Assembly: GCF_000485595.1 (NCBI RefSeq)
Contig: NW_014577061.1
Location: forward strand, 1,110,420-1,174,419
DNA: 64,000 nucleotides
Origin: Priapulus caudatus
Taxonomy: Eukaryota
Reading direction: 5' to 3'
A program made the translations under genes and the position numbers. Shown one piece after another: positions 53,641 through 64,000 of this stretch (the stretch's first letter is position 1; each line of letters opens with the position of its first letter). The notes beneath the pieces were generated by a model. That model worked only from the letters and a program-made list of their open reading frames with translations. It ran no database searches and was not told the DNA's origin.

Positions 53641-54516
53641 AGACAAGATTAGATATGATAGACAGATAGATTAGATATATATACAAATGATTAGACAGAA
53701 TATATAGAATATATAGTATATATTAATATATATATATATAATATTTGTGTGTCGTGTGTGTGTTGTGGTGGTTTTTGTGTGATGTGTTGTGTGTAAGTGA
53801 GTCGTGTGTTTGTTGTGTTGGTGTGTGTGTGCTGTTGTGTGTGTGTGTGGTGTGTGTTGTGTGTGTTGTGGTGTGCGTGCGTGCAGGCCGCGTGCTGGCG
53901 CGCGCGCAGTGTCTTGGTGTGGTGTCTGATACTTGGTTTAACCGTCCGTCCTGATGAGATTAATCGAAGCCCCGCACACAGAGAGTAGCCGAACAGGATA
54001 CATAGAACGCACGCTGCAACCGTTGAAACCTATTAATGACTTCCTGCGATCGTACTCTCCATGCGTGCCGAAAACGACACTGCACCGCCACTCGCGCAAA
54101 AAACGCCAACAATACTTGATTTCATTTAACATTTCATCTAACTTTCGACTTTATTTAACCTCGGCATACGTGTCAATTTGGAGACGGATGGAGCGCCTTG
54201 CCGGTGACCGATGGGATATGCTAGCAATAATAATGCTTACTTTACTTTCCGCTGCAATAGATTGTTCTGAGATATAACGTACTAACCGCCCTTTGACTAC
54301 TGTACGAAATACAACTCACCTCATCTCCCTTTTACGTTCTTCTCTCCATTCTCATCATGGGCGCATATACTCGCGTATACGCGCCTTGTTTAGTTGTTCT
54401 TGTCTATTCCTTATCTCTCACTTCTTCGCGCGCGCTCTTCCACTTCCCAGTTCTGCCACCGTTTTTTCCCCCCTCTCTCTCTCTCTCTCTCTCCCTTCTC
54501 TTCCGTCCTCTCTCTC

Positions 54517-54541
54517 NNNNNNNNNNNNNNNNNNNNNNNNN
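54517..54541. other. Assembly gap (25 N)
   Basis: N run. Confidence 0.99.
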
Positions 54542-55051
54542 AGCGCGCGAATATCGACTGAATACATTTTGGTATCGTGTTCGCGATTTACGGCATTAAT
54601 ACTTGAGGCGCGCTGGAGCTACCGGTTGCGCTTCATCGGCCGGATTAAGACAGCGGCCGAACGAATTTATCCAGTGTGCCCCGCTGGCATGTACGCAGGT
54701 TCCCGCGAAGTGTATCCTCGAGCGCGCTACACATAGATTTCAGCTCTATTTATCGGCGACGCAGTCTCTATGCGGCCCGGGTAATAGTTTTATTTTTCTC
54801 TCGCTCGTTAGTCGGCAGAGGATATATGCCTCTCCCGCGTTGGTTCATCTCTTTCTCCGACGCTGTTCGTTCAAAGTGGCGAATGCAATAGCCTCTCAAC
54901 TCATTGCTTCACACGGAGACTTTATTTATTAGCAGCTACGGTATACTATCTTAAGAACCGCTTCTCCCCCTCTCTCGCTCTCTCTCCACACCACTCTCTG
55001 GGTCTTACATTTCTCCACACTCTCTTTCTCTTATCTCTCTCTTACGTTGCT

Positions 55052-55087
<36 letters not shown>

Positions 55088-55152
55088 CCACACACTCTCT
55101 CTTATATTCTCTCACTTCTCTCTTTCTCTTTCTCTCTCTTACTTGCTCTCTC

Positions 55153-55203
<51 letters not shown>

Positions 55204-55729
55204 TTCTCTTTCTCTCTACTCTCGAGTTTCGCAGCGTTCTTGTTGTCATGCGACACGCTTCAATACTTAATTCAGTTCTAAATATTTTCATTGCTAAACA
55301 TCACACGCCGCGCGCGCTCGTATCGGTTCATAAAGATAATTGAATTTACGGTAGGAGTGATATCGTAATACGGTACACGCTCTGTAATAGATAGAAGCAG
55401 CACGTCCATCGGGGGACGCGCTTTTCTCTCATTCTCGACTTTCTGTCTAGCATGCCTGACTGTCGGTTTACCCGCCTCTTCCTCGCTTCCTCTCTCTTGA
55501 CAATCATAAAATAGTCTCTATCTATCTATCTATCTACATATAGTATATATATATATTATATATATAAATATATTATCTTATTATTATCTATCTATCTATC
55601 TATCTAGTCTCGATTATACTATCTATCTATCTATCATATCTATTCTATCTATCTATCTATCTATCTATGCTATCTATGCTATCTATTCGTATCAATCTAT
55701 CTATCATTATCTACTCTATCTTCGATCTT

Positions 55730-55735
<6 letters not shown>
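54542..55735 (+). repeat. Segment duplicated in inverted orientation at ~59530-60731
   Basis: gactgaatacattttggtatcgtgttcgcgattt (54556) vs aaatcgcgaacacgataccaaaaatgtattcagtc (~60686-60720); collinear reverse complement throughout. Confidence 0.92.
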
Positions 55736-55769
<34 letters not shown>

Positions 55770-57094
55770 GGCGTGCAGAGAGTGGGAAGAGGCAGGGTGA
55801 TAGACGGTAAAGAAAGTACATCAACGCATTCTGCGACGTATTACATAATGTAAGCCATACAACATAGTTTACGTATTCAGAAAATCCACGACCTCACATT
55901 TTTTTCCACCGCTGATGAAATATCATATACGTATCTTTTCTCACCCAACACATTGCGTCCCTGCTATGCCCCAAGTTACGCGAGTACACATCCGAAGCAC
56001 ATCGCCAATGTTCATATTCTTGATGCCTAGCTACAGTAGACGTTTTTTTGCCGGGTGAGAGAAGACGCTCGAAGTTACAACGTTTTTTACTTACTGGAAA
56101 TTACTTTAATTACTGGAAACTTTACCGGCATAGCGCGTACAGTGGCGCCACCCACATTGTAATCAAACGATCGTTAAAATCTTCTAGTGAATTTTTTAAT
56201 GTAATTTAAAACTTTCTTTAACTGCGAAAATGTATTAACTCTACAGCCATATCTACATTCAGTGTGTCCTGACAGCTATAGGCAAGTTGGTGAGCTATAA
56301 GCAAAAGCTGGTTTTGTGAAACGATAAAAACAAAGATACTCTGCGAGTAAGATAACATAATAATAACTTTCGCAAGCTAAGCGAAGACCAATTTTGACAC
56401 CAAACGCAAAAGCTATTAAAACTTCAGAACAACCGGGAACTGCTTTAAATTTTTAATTTGCTTAATGACAACAACGAGACAGACACACAGTTTTCCCATT
56501 TTTGTCTTTTTATTATTCGTAAGACTAGTAATCTAATTATTTTGTGATGCGGGTGCAATGTATCTCTTTGACCTCCAATCAACTTTTTTGCAATGATGCA
56601 ACTTTATGATTGCAACTTTTAATTGCTTATTTTCAGCCGGCTGCGCCGTGGAGCCGTCTAAAGCTGTGGAGAAGATTACCGACTCACGAGACGCGGATCT
56701 ATAAGAAAATACCTCCCGTGTTAGCTAGGGTGCCATCTTTACGGGATTTACCTTGCGCATTTATACCCGCAATTATTACACATTATTAAAGCTGTAATGA
56801 ATCGTGATAGATACTAATGATAAATATCGTATAATATATATTATATGTATATGGTATATCGTACTCGTGATAATCGTAATAAATACTAATGATCGTGATG
56901 TGCCACGCTCCAACGTTATGTACATAATCCATAACATAATACAGTGGGCGGGAACCACGCTGTAGTTCAGGATTGCCTCAAATATCCGCCAAATGTCTAG
57001 TTAAGATTGCAGATAGGTATCGCAGATATTTACCGTATTTGCCAGTGCAATCACACGCAAGTCAGCCTTCCGATGAGCATACGAGTATTTACAG

Positions 57095-58060
57095 TAGGGG
57101 AGACCGGGGACAATTGTAACACGGGGCAAATGTAACAGAGGTCCTCATTCTTAGTAGAAACGCGCTATATGTATACGCTCTTCACAGCGCATGCACATTT
57201 CATTGCCCCACATGCTGTCCTGAGGGTAGGCAGGTTTACGCATCGAGAAACATTTGACAGCCAAAACATCGTTTTTTTAGCTGGACAAATATGTACTTAA
57301 GCTATCACTGTCTTTTGTATATCATAAAAAAATAGGTTTTTAGGCCTGTATTTGGTCAAAGTTTCATTGACGAATACTAATGCTAAGATACAAAAACAGC
57401 CCCCAAATTATGGCCGTCTCCTCGGGGGCAAATGTAAACAACGTGTTACAATTGCCCCTTGGCATGTATAAAAAGTATGTGTTTTACAAAATGTGTCTTG
57501 TTTATAAGGCAAAAAAGTAGCCTATCTATAAGCTCAAACATGAGAACTACATAACTTTGAATTAATGGGTCTGTAAATATGTTTTCTTCACAAGGCAATA
57601 AGTAGCTTATTTATATATTTTATTCATATGTAAATGAGTCAAGCATTCGTCATAGTTTTTATTAAAATTATTTTATTGTGGTTCTATAAATTGCTGTTTA
57701 ATTGTTGAAAATCTGTTGAACTTATCACCTTTATAAAAAATATAAAAAATCTTTCTGAGGGATATGATTTGTTGGTACAATTGTATGTGTTACAATTGCC
57801 CCATTGGTGTGTTACAATTGCCCCGTGTTGTGGGGCAATTGTAACACTTGACTTCCAGTTTTGAAATGATAATGGCTTCAAAATAACTTGTTTTAACTTA
57901 ACCCATAAGCCTAGTCATATTTTCCAAGGCGCAAGATATGCATCTTAATTTCATATACTCTCGAAGTAAAGTATGTTAACAAATAAAGTCGTTACTGTCA
58001 GATATTGTAAGAAAAGTGCCTTACACAGTGTCTCCGGCCTACAGTTGGTCTCCGCTTAAT
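57095..58060. mobile_element. Non-autonomous DNA transposon (TcMar/pogo-like) with repeated GGGGCAA(A/T)TGTAACAC subterminal motifs
   Basis: Left end taggggagaccggggacaattgtaacac; motif copies at ~57123, 57424, 57444, 57788, 57809 and 57832; the right end is better preserved in the duplicate (gtgttacaattgtctccccta, ~50628-50648). Confidence 0.65.
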
Positions 58061-59404
58061 TGGCAATCGCTACACGAGCAGTTGCTTATCGAAAAACTAT
58101 CCTTAGCACGCCTTATGTCCCACGCCGCTTACTTCGGCGACCACCGCGTAATCGGGCAGTGCGGCATGCTCTTCCCCACCTTCCCAATCAAAGGCAGGGA
58201 CCTATATCTACTCTCGTCTATCGGATCATCCGAAGACAAACGAGAGCTGTGGCTCTCAACGCACGCGCGATGCCTTATGTGAACGGTGACTACCAGATCG
58301 CGTCATCAGTCGCAGGACCGGGGGGTAACAATAACAGGCCATATAGCCTTGACTAGAGAATGATATTGAAATCGATTAAAGTACAACCTGACAGACTATA
58401 TAGCGCGCCAAATTGTGCGCATTCACACGTCACCTCCTGAAAACCAACCCGGACCCGTATTTCTGACGCTACCAACCTTCGCGCCAGGCCCACAAAATCT
58501 ACCAAGTCGAACGCATTAATTTAACGCTCGAATAAGATCAATTAAACCGCACACTCTCAAACTAAGACCTTTCCCCACCCTTACTAACCCAACATCTAAC
58601 CTCCATCCAGCTTCCGCCATCCCCATCGGCCCATCAAGCCCTCAGATAAACCCTGATCCAACCCCAGCCAACGGCCTACCAATCCTATCAACCCTACCGC
58701 TAACTCGTATGCCACTCCAGGCCAACCTCTTACCACAATTTGCCAACTAACGCCCCAAGCACCACGCGCTCAAGGCAATCACATCCAATCCCCCACCCAA
58801 CCCGTACACTATATCCCACTCAACTCCCACGTCCCACCGAACCGGCCTTATTCCGGGCATCAACCGCCAGTCCCACAAACTCCCATCGGTCGGAGTCGAG
58901 TCGGTCGCAAGCCATACGATACATCGCTGTTGCCGCTGTCCTGAGAGTTCAACTCCTACCAGGCAGCCACGATTATTGTACAGTATGTAATTTTCTTACT
59001 GCTTATTTTTATCAAGAGTCTAATGAGAAGAAGTTTTAATTATGCCTATTTTTGAACTCTTGTAATTATAATACCTGAACCGTATACCATCGGCATGGAA
59101 TCATAAGCGCACAAAAGATTTTCGCGTATATACGTAACGCCACATTTCGTATTTGAATAAATTCGTACATATTCTCGTGTCTTTTGTGAACGTCACGCCT
59201 CGTAAACACAAATATACGACAGTTCGCAGAGGAGAGTCGAGAAAAAGAAAAGAAGCAGACAGAGAAAGAAAAAGGGGAAGAAATAGAAAGACAAAAACAA
59301 GAAATAAATTGATAACAGAGGGTAAGGGGGGTAAAAAGGAATAAGGGGCACGAGAGGGAGAAAGAGATAGACAAAATAAAGTAGATTAAGTATGATAGAT
59401 TAGC

Positions 59405-59451
<47 letters not shown>

Positions 59452-60734
59452 ATAGGTAGATAGATAGATAGATAGATAGGTGATAGATAGATAGCATAGA
59501 TAGATGTTAGATTAGAAGGATAGTATTCCAGATATGATTACGAGTAGTATAGATCGAGATAGATAGATAAATAGATAGATTGATAGCAAATAGTATAGCA
59601 TAGATAGATAGATAAGATAGATAGATAGATAGAATAGAAGATAGATAGATAGATAGTATAATCGGAGATAGATAGATAGATAGATAGATAATAATAAATA
59701 TATATTATATATATATATATATATAAATATATATGTAGTAGATAAAATGATAAGACTATTTTAGATTGGTTCAAGAGAGAGGAAGGCGAGGAAGAGGCGG
59801 GTAAACCGCACAGTCAGCATGCTAGACAGAAAAGTCGAGAATGAGAGAAGTAAAGCGGCGTCCCCCCGATTGGGAACGTGCCTCGCTTACTAATATTACA
59901 GAGCGTGTACTATTACGATAATCACTCACCGACAATATCAATTATTTTATGAACCGATACGAGCGCGCGCGGCAGTGTGTGTTTAATGCAATGAAAATAT
60001 TTAGAACTGAATTAAGTATTGAAGACGGTCGCATGACAACAAGAACGATGCGAAACTCGAGAAGATTGAGAGAAAGAGAAAGAGAGAAGAGAGAGAGACG
60101 AGAGAGAGAAGAGAGAGAAGAGAGAAAGAGAAGAGAGAGCAAGTAAGAGCAGAGAGAGAAAGAGAAGAGTGAGAGAAATAAGAGAGAGTGTGTGGAAGTA
60201 GAGAGAGAGAGAGAAGGAGAGAGAGAGATAGGAGCAACGTAAGAGAGAGAAAGAGAAAGAGAGGTGGAAGAAATTAAGAGAGAGTGTGTGGAAGAGAGAG
60301 CAGAGAGGGGGAGAACTTTCTTATAGGATAGTATTACCGTAGGCTGCTAATATTAATTGAATATGTCTCCGTGTGGAAGCAATGAGTTGAGAGCTATTGC
60401 ATTGCGCTCACTTTTGAACGAACAGCGTCGGAGAAAGAGATAACCACGCGGAGAGGCATATGATCCTCTCCGACTAAACGATGAAACTATTACCCGGCGC
60501 ATAGAGACTGCGTCGCGATAAATAGAGCTGAAATCTATGTGTACGCGCTCGAGGATGAACACTTCGCGGGGAACCTGCGTACATCGCCAGCGGGGCACCG
60601 GACTGGATAAATTCGTTCGTCGCTTCATTAATCCGGCCGATGAAGCGCAACGGTACTCCAGCGCGCCTCAAGTATTAATTCCGTGAAATCGCGAACACGA
60701 TACCAAAAATGTATTCAGTCAATTCGCGCAGCTT

Positions 60735-60969
60735 CCCCTCCTCCCTCCCCCTCGCCCCCCTCTCTCTCTCTCTCCTCTTCTCTAGGAGCTCGCTCCTGCG
60801 CTCGCTCTCTCTCTCTCTCGTCTCCGTTCTCTCTCGTCTTTCTCTCTTCTCTTTCCAGACTTTCTTCTCTCTCTCCTCTTTCTCCTTATCTCTCGTTCTC
60901 TAGCTTTTCTCCCTCTCTTCTTTCTCTCTCTGCTCCTCTTTCTCTTCTGCTCTCTAGCTCTCTCTCAGC

Positions 60970-61008
<39 letters not shown>

Positions 61009-61550
61009 ATCTTCTCTCATCTGAACTCTTTCTTCTCTTTCCCACGACTTTACCATCTCTCGTCTCTCTCGTCTCTCTTCTTTCTCTTACTCCACTGCTC
61101 CCTCCTCCTACTTTCTCTCTCTCTCTCCTCTCCTTCTCATCTCTCTCTCGTCTCTTTCTCTTTAACCTCATCTCTATCTCTCTCCACTCCTCCACTTTCT
61201 CCCTCCCTTCTTCATCTGTCTCTCCATCTCTCGGTTACTGCTCTCTCTCTCGTCTCCTTTCTCTTACTCTCGTCTCGTCTCTCTCTCTACTCGTCATCTT
61301 CTTTCTCTTTCTCTTACTTTCTTTCTCTCCTTCCTCTCCCACTCTCCCACTTTCTTCTCCTCCCGCCTGCTCTCTCTCTCTTCTCTATTCCCTCTCACTC
61401 TCCATCCCCCCCTCTTCTCGCTTCCTCTTCTCTTTACCTCTCTCAACTCTCTCCCCTCTCTCTCTCTCGCTCTCGTCATCTTTCTCTCTACTTATAACTT
61501 ACGTCTCTATCTCCGTCCCTCGTCTCTCCTTCTCGGTCTCTCTCTCTCTC
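60735..61550. repeat. Degenerate (CT)n tract
   Basis: Directly visible. Confidence 0.92.
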
Positions 61551-63123
61551 AACGGAGCGACGCAGCGGCACGCTGGTTAGGTTTTCGACTACTCTTAACA
61601 AGCGCGCAAAGTTGCTGCGGCTCGGCGATGTGATGTACGTATTCCCGCGAGCGCAGCCGCAACGAAGTAGAGCCGGCGAGCAAAATCCGAGTTAGGGCGC
61701 AACGTGTAATACCATTACGGAGAGTTGCTCTAATACGATCGAAATCTGATTACGCAGGCCCGATATTGGACGTGTTTACGACAGACGCGAGAATCTCGCT
61801 CATTTCTCGCTATTACAGACAACGATTAATATCGCGAGTATCCTTGTATAAGAGGTGCAACTTTACATTCGCACGCGAAGGCGCACCATGTCGGACATGT
61901 ATATAATCCCTCTCAGTCTGCTACGATCGTTATCGTACCAGCGGCATAGCAGGCAGACTCCCATCTAACTCCCTCGCAACCGCGCACACCGCAGCCGCAA
62001 GCATATTGCGTGATTTCGACCGACTGCGAGGGCGTTTGCAATTAATTAGGATTTAATTGTGATTGAATGTCGCCGCTAGCTAGGAATATTCTCATGGCCG
62101 GAGCCCCATCACAACGAACAGCGAGCTTAGTCCTGTCTGTGAAACACAGTCTGCGTGATGTAATTAAATCGTGACAGCCGCGGCGAATAAGCGCTGCGCG
62201 TTGTCACGTTCTACGGGGGCCCGGCACTCAGTAGTAAGTCGGCACTCCACGAACAAATGCCTGTCTATCATGGGCGGTGTATTGTTGAAACTGTGTGTCA
62301 TTTCGTCACAGTTACAGTAACTACACGCATACATGCACGCATGCACACACGCACACACACACACACCGCGCGCGCGACACACACGTCACGCACAGCGACG
62401 CACCAGACACACGACCCACGCACGACACACGACACGCGCGCACCACACACACCACCACCGACGCCCCGCACGCGCACACCGCACACACCGCGCCACCACA
62501 CACAATCACACACACACAACACACACACACACACACATCACACACACACGAGAGAGTTATAACAGTGACAGCGGCAGTAAAAGTAAAAGGACAGTGACAA
62601 GTGACCAGTGACGGTGACCGTGACAGCGCCCAATGAAAGTGTTTAGTGACGGTCGCCGCGACAGCGAACAGTGCAGTGACGTGAGACTAACATTGATTCT
62701 CGCGTATGCACTTGACATGAGGCCGCGCGCCGAGCTGGCTTTCGCAACGCGGAAGAAATCACATCAGCGATGCAGGCAAGGATACTGTACAGCAGGGCTG
62801 GGATCTGCTCCTCATCCCTTCCATATATGTATGCTGCCCCCGTCGACAGCGCAATCCAAGCAGCTGTCGTTTATTTTTAACAGATATCAACAGCACCGCG
62901 CAAAATATTGGGGCGCTGGCGGCGTGTTCGCCTGGCGCTGGCGCCTCCATGAGTGTAAGCGGACCGGATCATATAGTCCCAACGAGAACTGCACGTACAG
63001 CCAGATGGTAACTTAATGTTGGCGAAAATACAACGCCTGCGTCCCCCAGTTAAATTAACACTTCAAGATTGCCAGTCCCGGACTATCTTGCTTTCAGGTA
63101 AGCGCGAGGTAATGCTCGACCTG

Positions 63124-63133
63124 NNNNNNNNNN
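63124..63133. other. Assembly gap (10 N)
   Basis: N run. Confidence 0.99.
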
Positions 63134-63255
63134 GTAATCGATTTCGTCGTCATGAATTAGATCATATTACGCTTTCTCCATCCTTGCAGAATCCAACACC
63201 CGACCCCGGTACACGTTGTATGAGGTGGGCGTGTAGGGGGGCGCGTAGTACTATG

Positions 63256-63293
<38 letters not shown>

Positions 63294-63339
63294 TGTGTGT
63301 GTGTTTGTGTTGTGTGTGTGGTGTGGAATGCGTAGCGTG

Positions 63340-63383
<44 letters not shown>

Positions 63384-64000
63384 TGTGTCAGTGTATGTGT
63401 GGTGCAGTGATTTTTACTAACAACTGTTTTTTTCTCTGACAACAATACCATGTGAAGGTTAGGGATGTGATAGCCATCGCCGCAGTTACACTGCAAACCA
63501 GGCCCTGTACCGCGAACACAATGCATCACAATAGACACTATATATAGAGATATACTACTCCACGCCGTGCAACGTGAGCACATTGGTACCCACGCGAATC
63601 CTGCTAACAACGCGCTCGATGCACGCGCACGTGTGAGCAGACGAAGCCAAGAGTTTTTTTTTCGCCGACCGGCTTTATTTTTTAAGCTCGCATTTGCACC
63701 AAGCTCCAGTTTGTTGCCAGATCAGCCGCTTGTTGGCTATAGGCGGCCGCGTTGGCACGTCGTTTTCGCGCGACTTCGGCCTTGCGTTACCGCAACGCTT
63801 CGCCCAAAAATAGCGCGGAACGTCTCATGGAAACATGGCCGTACGTCCGCCTGCTTGGGTCGGGGCGATTGTGTTCAGTTGATAGCGATAGTAGCGATAG
63901 CGATAGCGATAGCGATAGCGATAGTAGCTATCGGGTGATGATGGAATATCAGTCAGCACCTGATTATCAGTTGTTGTTCACTTGCATGCGACTGTAGGCT

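Noticed and set aside
53039..53686. 215-aa His/Ser/Ile/Pro-rich ORF
   Set aside because: It is a translation of the (ATC/ATCC)n repeat.

Overview
This is eukaryotic (bilaterian invertebrate-like) genomic DNA, rich in microsatellites and MITEs. It holds parts of three spliced genes. (1) The first coding exon of a ZCCHC14/ZCCHC2-family gene is on the - strand (11788-12270). (2) A complete 12-exon KLHDC4 gene is on the + strand (12840-22022, 576 aa), head-to-head with ZCCHC14 with only ~570 bp between the ATGs. (3) The last three coding exons of a junctophilin gene are on the - strand (41917-42035, 32342-33879, 29590-29679), convergent with KLHDC4; its MORN exons probably lie beyond the right edge. 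From my knowledge of the human genome, the same three families are neighbours at 16q24.2 (ZCCHC14-JPH3-KLHDC4), which suggests an ancient conserved microsyntenic block. Non-coding DNA contains a 5'-truncated CR1/L2-type LINE in KLHDC4 intron 1, several PIF/Harbinger-, hAT-, TcMar- and P-like MITEs, and a 32-bp E-box minisatellite. It also has a dispersed family of tiny 27-72 bp hairpins (CANGAGT...ACTCNTG) with 7-8 bp target-site duplications that resemble P-superfamily excision footprints or micro-MITEs. The right third has three kb-scale duplications that differ mainly by single-base indels and join at microsatellites near a 25-N gap; these are probably long-read gap-filling artefacts. Most ORFs in the supplied track are translations of simple repeats.
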